A stretch of DNA of 64,000 nucleotides from Desulfobacterales bacterium (GCA_040769985.1 JAXGJZ010000001.1:134718-198717); one strand, 5' to 3'. Shown: positions 9,096 to 18,867, counted from the first letter of the stretch. Numbers and translations are program-made. Notes: a model not told the origin generated them from the letters alone.

Positions 9096-9483
9096 GATTC
9101 TGGTTGTGGATGATGAGCAGGCTATATGTGATATACTTGAAAAAGCTTTTCGTATGGTCGGCTACATTGCCCGGAGCGCAAGGGGAGGTGAAGAAGCACT
9201 TGAAATATTGCAACATGAAAATATCCGGGTCATGTTTCTTGATTTACATCTTCCGGGAATGAACGGATTGGAATTGTGCAGACGGATACGCAAAAACAAC
9301 CCGATCGCCTGTATCTTTGCCTTGAGCGGTTATGTAAACGAGATTGAACGGATGGAGTGTCGCCGGGCCGGTTTTGACGAATGTTTTACCAAGCCGGTCA
9401 ATTTGCAGGTATTATTTGCAACGGCAAAAGAAGCTTTTCAAAAACTCGAACGATGGAAATACGATGACCACTGCTTGACGTGA
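9085..9483 (+). CDS. Single-domain response regulator (CheY-like receiver)
   Basis: ILVVDDEQAICDIL...FLDLHLPGMNGLEL...FTKP contains the receiver residues DD, D and K. The start overlaps the stop of the upstream sensor gene by 11 nt. Confidence 0.85.
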   Translation: MQNKILVVDDEQAICDILEKAFRMVGYIARSARGGEEALEILQHENIRVMFLDLHLPGMNGLELCRRIRKNNPIACIFALSGYVNEIERMECRRAGFDECFTKPVNLQVLFATAKEAFQKLERWKYDDHCLT

Positions 9484-9865
9484 ATGGAACGGAGGAGGAC
9501 AAGATCCTTGCAAATGAAAATGTGCCTTCCCGATTTTTCATCACGGTGCATGCCCGCTTATCAACCGGTAATCACACGCTTTTTTTCCTTTACGCCCTTC
9601 CTTGCCTGACCCAGTCTGAAATAAACTTTTCAGGCTCGGAAGACCGGATGAAATGGTTGGATTTTATGGCACGGTCCATCTTAAAACCGGGTGCGCGGAT
9701 TTTCCAGGGGCATTATCGAAACACATTTCCAAATAAGCGCTCATCCGGCAAATCCTCCACCGGAATGCGGTAAACCGGTTGTTTTATAACCTATCGAAAT
9801 ATAAAAAATAAATAACGAATAAAATTCCGCCGGGCCAAATTCATAATATTGTAATTTTTCTGCTC

Positions 9866-9895
9866 TTTACAATTCATAGGGGGAATGGTTATAAT
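9866..9895 (+). promoter_or_regulatory. Candidate sigma-70 promoter (TTTACA-18 nt-TATAAT), about 345 nt upstream of clpS
   Basis: Hexamers read directly: TTTACA at 9866-9871 and TATAAT at 9890-9895. Not tested. Confidence 0.4.
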
Positions 9896-10241
9896 ATCAG
9901 TCAAGAAGCAGCACTTGTCCGCAATCGTTTATTTCTTCCAGGTTCTCGAATCCTCTTGCTATAGAGCTTGCGTATTGTTTTTCTGCCTGCCCGGGAGCCG
10001 TTGACCGTTCCGGCTACAGCGCACATACAAACAGGACGACCCTCGGATGTTTCAGGCTGAAAAACTCAATATCAGAGGAAAGGTCGAGAACTTTGAAAAA
10101 CGGTAAATTAGAATCAAATTCAGGGAATGCGATCATTTTTACGGGAGGAAGACATTGAATATCGCAATGGACGCAATTTGAGATGGGCGCTGAAATCGGG
10201 AATGATGCGAAACGATCAATCGTATTGCTGAGTGGGATGAG

Positions 10242-10556
10242 ATGAACATGTTTGGGCCGGATACGGAAGATGCAGTCATTGCCAAAACCCGTAAAAAAAT
10301 CGATGAACCGTCGTTTTACAAGGTGCTGCTCCACAATGATGATTATACGACCATGGAGTTTGTGGTAGAAATCCTTATGGCGGTTTTCAACAAATCCCTT
10401 GAAGAATCCACGCTGATTATGCTGAATGTCCACCGAAGAGGGAGCGGGGTTTGCGGGGTTTTCATCCGTGAAGTGGCTGAAACGAAGGTGAATGCGGTCC
10501 ATATTTTAGCCAGAGCAAGAGGGTTTCCGCTGAAATGTTCCATGGAGAAAGAGTAG
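10242..10556 (+). CDS. clpS: ATP-dependent Clp protease adaptor ClpS
   Basis: PSFYKVLLHNDDYTTMEFVVEIL...HRRGSGVCG is the canonical ClpS core. It sits immediately upstream of clpA. Confidence 0.92.
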   Translation: MNMFGPDTEDAVIAKTRKKIDEPSFYKVLLHNDDYTTMEFVVEILMAVFNKSLEESTLIMLNVHRRGSGVCGVFIREVAETKVNAVHILARARGFPLKCSMEKE

Positions 10557-10560
10557 GGTT

Positions 10561-12798
10561 ATGATTAATAAGGAATTGGGCGCAACTCTTGGCTTCGCGG
10601 TCAGGGAAGCAAAAAAAAGGCGACATGAATACGTCTGTATCGAACATGTGCTTTTTGCCATTCTGCACGACAGTATCGGAAAGGAAATTATCGAGCAGTG
10701 TGGGGGCAACATCGAAAACCTTAAGAATGCTCTTGAGAGTTTTTTCGGAGAGCGGCTCCATAGCGTACCGGAAGGCGGCGAATATGTTCTGCAGCAAACG
10801 ATCGGCTTTCAGAGGGTGATCCAGAGAGCGATCAACCACGCGCGTGCTGCTGAAAAAAAGGAGGTGGCTGTCGGTGACATTCTGGTATCCATATTCCAGG
10901 AAAAGGAATCTCATGCAGAGTATTTTTTAACTGCGGAAGGCATAAGCCGGTTTGATGTTTTAAATTTTATCTCGCATAAAATATCCAAGGCTCCATATAA
11001 AGATCGTTCGGGTGGATTTGTCAGAACCGATCGAGAAGAGCAAAAAGAAAAAGTGGGTGCGCTGGAGACCTTTACGGTTAATCTCGTGGAAAGAGCGGCG
11101 AAAGGCAAACTGGATCCGGTTATCGGACGTGAATTCGAACTCACACGCACGATCCAGGTTCTTTGCCGAAGACGCAAAAACAACCCGGTATTTGTCGGGG
11201 AACCCGGAGTGGGAAAAACTGCGCTGGCGGAGGGATTAGCCATCAAAATAAATGATGGCGACGTACCGGATTTGCTCAAAGATGTACAAATATATTCGCT
11301 GGATCTCGGGGCACTGTTGGCTGGAACCAAATTCCGGGGTGATTTTGAGCAGCGTTTGAAAGAGGTTCTTGCTGAACTGAAAACGAAAAAAAATGCGATC
11401 CTATTCATCGATGAGATTCACACAATTGTAGGGGCCGGCGCAACGAGCAGCGGTTCCATGGATGCATCGAATATTTTGAAACCGGTGCTTTCCACCGGTG
11501 AGCTTCGGTGTATCGGTTCCACCACTTACGAGGAGTATAAAAATCACTTTGAAAAAGATCGCGCATTATCCCGTCGTTTTGAAAAGATTGAGGTTTCCGA
11601 GCCGAGCGTTTCCGAGACCGTTAAAATATTAAAAGGGTTGAGAACCTATTACGAAGCGCACCATGATATCGTATATACGGACAAAGCGCTTAAGGTTGCC
11701 GCCGAACTCTCGGCCAAATATATCAATGATCGATATCTGCCCGACAAGGCGATCGATGTGATCGATGAGGCGGGAGCTTTCATTAAGCTTTCCGGCCCTT
11801 CGAGCAGAAAAAGAATTCATCCTGCCGATATCGAGAAGATCGTTGCCGCAATGGCCAGAATACCCAACCGGACGGTAACCACCTCGGACAAACTAAAACT
11901 GGAAACCCTCGAAGAATCTCTCAAAAAAGTCGTTTACGGGCAAGATGCCGCCATTCAATCCCTCGTCACCTCGATAAAGCGTTCTCGTGCCGGTCTTGGA
12001 GCACCCGGCAAACCGATTGGATCATTTTTGTTCACGGGGCCGACAGGCGTCGGCAAAACTGAGGTGGCCAGACAGGTTGCGTTGATTCTCGGGGTCGCTT
12101 TTCTGCGCTTCGATATGAGCGAATACATGGAAAAACATGCGGTTGCCCGTCTGATCGGAGCTCCGCCGGGTTACATCGGTTTTGATCAGGGAGGACTTCT
12201 TACGGATAGCATTCGAAAGAATCCTTACAGCGTTTTGCTCCTCGATGAAATAGAAAAAGCACATCCCGATCTGTTTAATATCATGCTTCAGGTTCTGGAT
12301 CATGCGACGCTGACGGACAACAATGGAAAAAAAGCCGATTTCCGGAATGTCATGATCATGATGACGTCAAATGCTGGGACAAGAGAGATGAACAGTCAGA
12401 CAATCGGTTTTGGTGACGCCCTGTTTGATACCGAAAGTAAAGGACAAAAGGCGATTGAAAAATATTTCAGCCCTGAATTTAGAAATCGTCTCGACGCCAT
12501 TGTTGTTTTCAATGCCTTGACCGTTGAAATCATGGAAAAGATAGTGGATAAGTTCATTGCCGAACTGAATGACCAACTCGCATCCCGGAAGGTATTGCTG
12601 GTCATTTCCCCGAATGCGCGGAAATGGATGGCGAAGAAAGGATATGATCCCCGTTACGGAGCGAGACCCCTTAGCCGTTTAATCCAGACGGAAATCAAGG
12701 ATGTGCTGTCGGATCGGATTCTCTTCGGGAGACTTGAAAAAGGCGGAAAGATCTTTGTGGATGTCGAAAAAAACAGGCTCCACTTTGTCTATATATAG
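10561..12798 (+). CDS. clpA: ATP-dependent Clp protease ATP-binding subunit ClpA
   Basis: Clp N-domain. Two AAA+ modules with Walker A motifs GEPGVGKTA and GPTGVGKTE, plus LLLDEIEKAH. Length 745 aa. Confidence 0.93.
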   Translation: MINKELGATLGFAVREAKKRRHEYVCIEHVLFAILHDSIGKEIIEQCGGNIENLKNALESFFGERLHSVPEGGEYVLQQTIGFQRVIQRAINHARAAEKKEVAVGDILVSIFQEKESHAEYFLTAEGISRFDVLNFISHKISKAPYKDRSGGFVRTDREEQKEKVGALETFTVNLVERAAKGKLDPVIGREFELTRTIQVLCRRRKNNPVFVGEPGVGKTALAEGLAIKINDGDVPDLLKDVQIYSLDLGALLAGTKFRGDFEQRLKEVLAELKTKKNAILFIDEIHTIVGAGATSSGSMDASNILKPVLSTGELRCIGSTTYEEYKNHFEKDRALSRRFEKIEVSEPSVSETVKILKGLRTYYEAHHDIVYTDKALKVAAELSAKYINDRYLPDKAIDVIDEAGAFIKLSGPSSRKRIHPADIEKIVAAMARIPNRTVTTSDKLKLETLEESLKKVVYGQDAAIQSLVTSIKRSRAGLGAPGKPIGSFLFTGPTGVGKTEVARQVALILGVAFLRFDMSEYMEKHAVARLIGAPPGYIGFDQGGLLTDSIRKNPYSVLLLDEIEKAHPDLFNIMLQVLDHATLTDNNGKKADFRNVMIMMTSNAGTREMNSQTIGFGDALFDTESKGQKAIEKYFSPEFRNRLDAIVVFNALTVEIMEKIVDKFIAELNDQLASRKVLLVISPNARKWMAKKGYDPRYGARPLSRLIQTEIKDVLSDRILFGRLEKGGKIFVDVEKNRLHFVYI

Positions 12799-12995
12799 TT
12801 TTTATCCTGGGAAAGTCATATTCCAGGGCAAAGACGCATTGCTGATTAAATTCGACTTTATGGGTTCTGAAAATTGAAACCCTCCGTTGAAATCAACGGC
12901 GATTCTTCTGCCGGAAAAACTATTTCGTCTAATATTTTGATTCGCTCTTCAACCCCTCAGATTACCGCGGGGTTGACGCTTACTGTTGCGGTTCC

Positions 12996-13676
12996 ATGCC
13001 GGTTTTTTTTCTATCAAAGAAATTGCGGTTTCCGTGTCCTTGCAGGGCGCGAGAGGATGGTTTATTGGCGGTCGGCGGCGACCTGAGCCCAAAACGTCTT
13101 CTTCTTGCCTATGGAATGGGCATATTTCCGTGGTTTTCGGATCAATCGCCTATTCTCTGGTGGTCGCCGGATCCGCGTCTTGTTTTATATCCGAATGATA
13201 TCAAAATCTCTAAGAGTCTGGAAAGGTTGATCAGAAAACAGGTTTTTCAAATAACGCTGGACGAGGCTTTTAATCAGGTGATCACTTCATGCGCCAAAAT
13301 TCGGAGACGGGAAAATCGCGGCAGCTGGATCGTCAGAGACATGATTGAAGCATACTGCAAACTTCATGAATCCGGCTTTGCCCATTCAGTGGAAGCCTGG
13401 CATGAAGGAAAACTCGCCGGCGGGCTGTACGGCGTTTCTCTGGGGAAATGTTTTTTTGGAGAATCGATGTTCACGCGGATCAGCAATGCTTCAAAAGTTG
13501 CTTTTGTCACCCTTGTTAACCATCTTAACAAATTGTCGTTTGATTTGATCGACTGCCAGGTGAGAACCGAACATCTGATCCGATTCGGAGCAAAAGAGGT
13601 TTCGAGAAGTGATTTTTTGGAACAGATTAAAAAATCCTTGAATACTCCGACCATGCGAGGCAAATGGTATTTATAA
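12996..13676 (+). CDS. aat: Leucyl/phenylalanyl-tRNA--protein transferase
   Basis: DGLLAVGGDLSPKRLLLAYGMGIFPWF...PILWWSPDPR and GESMF are characteristic L/F-transferase motifs. Confidence 0.9.
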   Translation: MPVFFLSKKLRFPCPCRAREDGLLAVGGDLSPKRLLLAYGMGIFPWFSDQSPILWWSPDPRLVLYPNDIKISKSLERLIRKQVFQITLDEAFNQVITSCAKIRRRENRGSWIVRDMIEAYCKLHESGFAHSVEAWHEGKLAGGLYGVSLGKCFFGESMFTRISNASKVAFVTLVNHLNKLSFDLIDCQVRTEHLIRFGAKEVSRSDFLEQIKKSLNTPTMRGKWYL

Positions 13677-13696
13677 GCAAATAAGGAGGTTGCGGC

Positions 13697-14026
13697 ATGG
13701 AGAAAAACTGCCTGTTTTGCAGGATCATCAGTGGACAAGCCCCGGCGGAGTTCGTTTATAAGAATGACGTTGTTGTCGTGTTTAAGGATATATACCCGAA
13801 AGCGCCCGTTCATCTTTTGATTGTTCCCAAAAAACATATCCGGAGCATTAACGAGTTATCGGAAACGGACAGGGAGATCGTGTCTGAAATGATCCTGACC
13901 GCAAAGGAGATTGCAAAAAAAAACCTGATTTCCACTACCGGCTATAAGCTTTTTTTTAATGTAGAGAGGGGCGGTGGACAGGAAATTTTTCATCTGCACC
14001 TGCACCTAATCGGTGGATGGATATAG
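13697..14026 (+). CDS. HIT-family (histidine triad) nucleotide hydrolase
   Basis: CLFCRII...HLLIVPKKH...HLHLHLIGG is the histidine triad. Confidence 0.85.
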   Translation: MEKNCLFCRIISGQAPAEFVYKNDVVVVFKDIYPKAPVHLLIVPKKHIRSINELSETDREIVSEMILTAKEIAKKNLISTTGYKLFFNVERGGGQEIFHLHLHLIGGWI

Positions 14027-14188
14027 ATGAAGAGCCACTGCGAATCCCAATAAATCTGATATCTTTTTCATCCAATCCGATTAGAAGGATCCACCTTTTT
14101 TTTGTTCAACCCGCCGCGAATTTTTATCTGAAGATCCTGATAGATCGCTTTAATTCCCTTGAATATTTGAAAAAATAAAATAAAAAGC

Positions 14189-14239
14189 TTGGCAAAAATT
14201 GATGAGGGTGGCATAATTTGACCGAATTCAGAATTCGGT
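14189..14239 (+). promoter_or_regulatory. Candidate sigma-70 promoter (TTGGCA-17 nt-CATAAT) followed by a perfect 19-bp palindrome
   Basis: TTGGCA at 14189-14194 and CATAAT at 14212-14217. The palindrome ACCGAATTC-A-GAATTCGGT lies at 14221-14239. No ORF follows on this strand before the antisense of tRNA-Arg. Confidence 0.3.
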
Positions 14240-14387
14240 ACTTATTATAACGGGAACAAGGCGTACCTGAAAAATGGCGGGATCGGCGTTGCTGGATTAA
14301 GTGAGAGGGGTGATAAAACGCAACGGAAAAGAGTTTGCCTCCCCCCGCAAAAGAAGGGTGAGCTTTTTGAGATCCCGTTGATTTTTT

Positions 14388-14464
<77 letters not shown>

Positions 14465-14649
14465 CAAAGTGCCTACCGTAGATATCACAGGTTTTTAATG
14501 ATGTCCATAAAAATGTAGCCGGCAATCAGAACCACTTGATATGTTACGATATTTTAATATAGTAGAAGCACATTGGGACGAGGGTGAAAAGATAAAGCAT
14601 GAGGCTGCATTCAATCCGAGAAATTTGAAAATCTAAACCGGCATGTTGC

Positions 14650-15621
14650 GTGAAAATGAATAAAACAAAAGACGATAGAGTTACTGAAAAGACGGAGGAT
14701 CAACCGGGCTTCAACAAAAGAAAAAGTGCCTCCATCAAGTCTTCGGACAAAGCGATCGCCAAGTACGATCCTCTTCAGCGCTATCTGATGGAAATAAGCA
14801 ATTACAGACTTCTCACTAGAGAAGAAGAAATAGAGTTGGCCATTAAAGTTCGAGAGGATGAAGACAGGGATGCCGCTTATATTCTGGTAACCTCCAATTT
14901 AAGGCTGGTTGTCAAAATTGCATTGGAATTTCAAAGGGTCTGGATGCAAAACCTCCTGGACCTGATCCAGGAGGGGAATATCGGATTGATGCAGGCGGTT
15001 AAAAAATTTGATCCTTACAAGAATGTTAAGTTTTCATATTATGCCTCATTCTGGATAAAGGCCTATATCCTCAAGTTCATTATGGATAATTGGCGTCTTG
15101 TAAAAATAGGAACCACCCAGGCGCAGCGGAAACTTTTTTTTAAATTAAAAAAAGAAAAGCAGAAACTCGTCGATGAGGGTTTTGATCCAAGGCCAAAACT
15201 TCTTTCAGAAAGATTGGGAGTTTCGGAGCAGGAAATTTTAAACATGGATCAACGCCTCGATAGCTGGGATGTTTCACTGGATGCGCCTTTAAGAGAAGAT
15301 TCCGGAACAGAAAAAATTGAGTTTTTAAGCAAAGAATCCGAATCAGCAGAGCAGAAAGTGGCGAAGAAAGAAATTGAAGCTCTTCTTCATGAAAAAATTG
15401 CCGAGCTCAGGAAAAAAATGACGAAGCGGGAACTGGAAATATTTGAACTCCGTATTTTTTCGGATACGCCGGCAACTTTGCAGGAGATCGGGGACCGATA
15501 CGGCATTTCCAGAGAACGTGTCCGGCAAATTGAAAAGAACATTATCAAAAAGATACGGGAATTTTTCAGGCGTGAAATTCCTGATTTTGAAGCCTATGCG
15601 GATCTGGAGCTATCTGAATAG
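14650..15621 (+). CDS. rpoH: RNA polymerase sigma-32 (heat-shock sigma factor RpoH family)
   Basis: Sigma-70 regions 2-4 (LVTSNLRLVVKIA, QEGNIGLMQAVKKFDP, TLQEIGDRYGISRERVRQIE). RpoH-box-like QAQRKLFFKLKK. The start is either the GTG at 14650 or the ATG at 14656. Confidence 0.8.
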   Translation: MKMNKTKDDRVTEKTEDQPGFNKRKSASIKSSDKAIAKYDPLQRYLMEISNYRLLTREEEIELAIKVREDEDRDAAYILVTSNLRLVVKIALEFQRVWMQNLLDLIQEGNIGLMQAVKKFDPYKNVKFSYYASFWIKAYILKFIMDNWRLVKIGTTQAQRKLFFKLKKEKQKLVDEGFDPRPKLLSERLGVSEQEILNMDQRLDSWDVSLDAPLREDSGTEKIEFLSKESESAEQKVAKKEIEALLHEKIAELRKKMTKRELEIFELRIFSDTPATLQEIGDRYGISRERVRQIEKNIIKKIREFFRREIPDFEAYADLELSE

Positions 15622-15671
15622 ATTCGGAAATATCAGAAACTAGATGCTTAAGGATATGGGATATCAAAGAG

Positions 15672-17396
15672 ATGAAATTTAAAATACGGCAGTCGGTGCT
15701 TTTTATAATGATTGTTTTGATGTTTTCTGGTTGCGTGTCGGTTAAAAAAAAAGCGCCGCCCGTCGAAGAAAAACCGGTTGAATTCTCTGAACCCGGAAAT
15801 CGGTATTTTTATTTTATCGAATCGGAATTGGAGAAGAAAAAGGGCAAACCGGACATGGCGATCGCCCGTCTCAAAAAAGCAATCGAGCTTGATCCGGAAT
15901 CTTCCTATCTGCAAAGAGAGCTTGCAACCCTTTATTTCAGAAAAGAGGAGAATACAAACGCATTGCGTGTGGTTGAAGATGTTTTACTGAAAAATCCGAA
16001 GGATATAGAAGCGCTGATTTTATATGCAGGGATTAAACAGAGACTCGACTGTATGGACGACGCCATAGAAGCATATCAGAAAATTATTGATATTGACCCG
16101 GATCGGGAAGACACGTACCTGTTTCTCGGAGGGCTTTACCTTAAACAGGGCAAAGGGGAAAAAGCATTTGATGTGTATGACCGGATGGTTCAACGTTTCC
16201 CCCATTCCTACGTCGGGCATTTCTATCTCGGGAAAATTCATGCCGAACAGGGGCGTGTAATTGAGGCAGAAAAAGAATTTCAGAAGACGCTGGAACTCGA
16301 ACCGGATCTGGAAGAGCCGAGATATGAACTGATCGATCTATATAAGAAACTGAAAAAGCCTGAGAATATACCAGGAATCTATGAGGATATCCTTGAAAGG
16401 GATCCCGATAACATCAGAGCCGCTATTGAGCTTGGTTATTTTTATTACCAGGATGGAAGGAAAAATGATGCGGAAGAGATTTTTTCGGATCTCGGTACCA
16501 GAAGCTTGACTGATTCGGAGGTGATACGAGAGATTGTGCAGTTGTATATCGATCCAAAAGAATACCAAGCAGCCGCCGTCGTCCTTGAGGGGATGCTGAA
16601 GGGTGCTCCGGAGAGTTCGGATATCCATTACATCGCCGGAATTGCCTATGACGGAATCGATGACAAACAAATGGCCATCATGCATTTAAAAAAGGTGATT
16701 CCCGATTCAAGGTTCTATAAAAATGCAGTGATTCACGTTTCTCACCTTTACCAGCAGCAGGGAAATATTGAGGAAGCGATCCAATTTTTAAATCATGCGA
16801 TCAAAAACGTTACGGATGATCAGGATCTTTTGATCTTCCTGGGATCATTTTATGAGGAAATTAAAGAATACGAAAAGGCCTTGACGGTTTTTCGACAGGC
16901 ACTTGGAATCAATCCCGATAATTCGGAGCTGTATTTCAGGTTGGGGGTTGTTCATGATAAGCGGGGCGACAAGGAGGCTTCGATCGAAGCGATGAAGACT
17001 GTAATACGCCTGGATCCGCAAAACGCCAATGCTTTAAATTATCTAGGCTATACGTATGCGGATCTGGGACAAAATCTTGATGAGGCGGAACGCCTGATTA
17101 AAGAAGCCCTGAAGCATAAGCCTGATGACGGTTATATTATCGACAGCCTGGGGTGGGTATATTTCAAGAAGGGGTTGTATGAAAAGGCGCTGGAGTTTTT
17201 GGAAAAAGCGGCCCGTCTGGTGCCCGACGATCCGATTATTCTGGAGCATTTGGGCGATGCGTTTCAAAAGACAAATGATCGGGAGAATGCCTTGAAATAT
17301 TACAAGCGTGCGCTGCAAGAAAAAACGGATAACCAGACCGATCTGGAAAAAAAGATCCTGGAACTGAAGCCGGAAGAAAAAAAACCACATCCATAG
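15672..17396 (+). CDS. TPR-repeat lipoprotein
   Basis: Lipobox LMFSGC after an N-terminal hydrophobic stretch. Many 34-residue TPR-like repeats (A..Y.kAl..dP). Confidence 0.8.
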   Translation: MKFKIRQSVLFIMIVLMFSGCVSVKKKAPPVEEKPVEFSEPGNRYFYFIESELEKKKGKPDMAIARLKKAIELDPESSYLQRELATLYFRKEENTNALRVVEDVLLKNPKDIEALILYAGIKQRLDCMDDAIEAYQKIIDIDPDREDTYLFLGGLYLKQGKGEKAFDVYDRMVQRFPHSYVGHFYLGKIHAEQGRVIEAEKEFQKTLELEPDLEEPRYELIDLYKKLKKPENIPGIYEDILERDPDNIRAAIELGYFYYQDGRKNDAEEIFSDLGTRSLTDSEVIREIVQLYIDPKEYQAAAVVLEGMLKGAPESSDIHYIAGIAYDGIDDKQMAIMHLKKVIPDSRFYKNAVIHVSHLYQQQGNIEEAIQFLNHAIKNVTDDQDLLIFLGSFYEEIKEYEKALTVFRQALGINPDNSELYFRLGVVHDKRGDKEASIEAMKTVIRLDPQNANALNYLGYTYADLGQNLDEAERLIKEALKHKPDDGYIIDSLGWVYFKKGLYEKALEFLEKAARLVPDDPIILEHLGDAFQKTNDRENALKYYKRALQEKTDNQTDLEKKILELKPEEKKPHP

Positions 17397-17457
17397 TTTG
17401 CATGGAAAATCATCCGGGAGAAGACTGCCTCATTTTGCCGCGTTAAATCCGACTGAA

Positions 17458-18273
17458 ATGGAAAACAAGATCCGAAATTTGAAACGGGTTATCATTTTTC
17501 TTCTAATCATCCCCTTTTTTCTCTCCTCCTGTAGCCGATTTAGCGGAGGAATTCGGGAAACTTCCGTCCCTTTGGAAGGTTTCGATATGCAAACGGGAGA
17601 TCTTTATGAAATTCAGGAAATCATTTTAACGTTGAAAAATAAAAATGAAAACCTGGAGATTCTAAAAGGCCTCGGGAAAATTAGAATCTGGAACAAAAAT
17701 GGACACCAAACCGCCCGGACGGCATGGATCGGATCAAAATCCGGACGCTTTCGAATAGAAATTCTCAGTGTTTCGGGGCAACCCGTTGCCAGCCTTGCCA
17801 ATGATGGGGAACATTTTTTTATTTTATCTCACTCCGACCGTAAATTTTATAAAAAGCGAGTTTCCGAATCCAACCTGGAAAAATTCCTTGCAATTCCCGT
17901 AAAATCCGAGGATGTTTTTGCATTTTTATCAGGGCGCGTCCCCGTGAAAGATCACGATTCCGCCTTTATGGCAAAGAACACAGACGGCGACGGCTATGTT
18001 CTGATACTCAAAAAGAAATGGCGGGGTTTAATTGAAAACATATACCTTGATAAAAGCAAGAAAATCGTTCAGGCGGTTGAAATGTTGGATATAAATGGTT
18101 CGCTGGTGTACCGGGCGGAAATTATCTCCATCCATAATGAAGCGCAATACCAATTACCTTCGCGAATTGTTCTTTTCAACGATAACGGCGAAGGGTTTCA
18201 ACTTGATATTGAAAAATACTGGACAAATATTCCGGTTTCTCCATCCCTGTTCATGTTACTTCCACCGGAATAA
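17458..18273 (+). CDS. Lipoprotein, LolB/DUF4292-like (tentative)
   Basis: The ATG at 17458 gives MENKIRNLKRVIIFLLIIPFFLSSC with a lipobox. Its size and its position after the TPR lipoprotein resemble LolB-like proteins. The family call is from memory only. Confidence 0.5.
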   Translation: MENKIRNLKRVIIFLLIIPFFLSSCSRFSGGIRETSVPLEGFDMQTGDLYEIQEIILTLKNKNENLEILKGLGKIRIWNKNGHQTARTAWIGSKSGRFRIEILSVSGQPVASLANDGEHFFILSHSDRKFYKKRVSESNLEKFLAIPVKSEDVFAFLSGRVPVKDHDSAFMAKNTDGDGYVLILKKKWRGLIENIYLDKSKKIVQAVEMLDINGSLVYRAEIISIHNEAQYQLPSRIVLFNDNGEGFQLDIEKYWTNIPVSPSLFMLLPPE

Positions 18274-18342
18274 AGATAAGACACGGAAGAGCGAGAAAGA
18301 AAAAATGTTAGAATCCGTGCATGATAATCGTGGAGGCCTGTA

Positions 18343-18867
18343 ATGCACAAAGTTATATCGGGGCCTTATAATAATAAAAAAAAATCTCACATTTCCTTTT
18401 CTGTGGAAAAAACCTTGGGAAAGCTTGCAAAATGGCTTCGTATTTTGGGATTCGATACAATCGATGGCCAGGATTTTTCAGATAGCCGACCGATGAATAC
18501 TGAAGAAGAGTGCCGGATAAGGCTCACCCGCACGACTCGTGTCCGGGATCGGGACACATCCGGTCGGCTTATTTTTATAAAGTCGGATCATCCTTTCGAT
18601 CAGTTGACGGAAGTGATTCAAGCACTTCAAATTAATACCGAGGATACAGAACCTTTTTCCATATGCATCCGATGCAATACTCCCATTAATCCGGTGGATA
18701 AGGATTACGTGAGGAATATGGTATCAGATTATACATGGGAAACCCACGATACCTTCCAATTTTGCAACCAGTGCCGGAGGGTATACTGGCCAGGCAGCCA
18801 TACAAAGCGGAGTCAAGAAGAAATAAAACGACTGTTTGCCCTTGCATCTAATGGCAACCGGTCATAG
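18343..18867 (+). CDS. Mut7-C RNase domain protein (PIN-like fold plus C-terminal zinc ribbon)
   Basis: LGKLAKWLRILGFDT...RLTRTTR...CIRCNTPI...CNQCRRVYWPGSH matches the Mut7-C/DUF82 architecture. Confidence 0.7.
   Translation: MHKVISGPYNNKKKSHISFSVEKTLGKLAKWLRILGFDTIDGQDFSDSRPMNTEEECRIRLTRTTRVRDRDTSGRLIFIKSDHPFDQLTEVIQALQINTEDTEPFSICIRCNTPINPVDKDYVRNMVSDYTWETHDTFQFCNQCRRVYWPGSHTKRSQEEIKRLFALASNGNRS

Noticed and set aside
9480-9773. 97-aa GTG-initiated ORF after the CheY gene
   Set aside because: It has no RBS and no recognisable motif, and its composition is unlike the neighbouring genes. It is kept only as part of the spacer observation.
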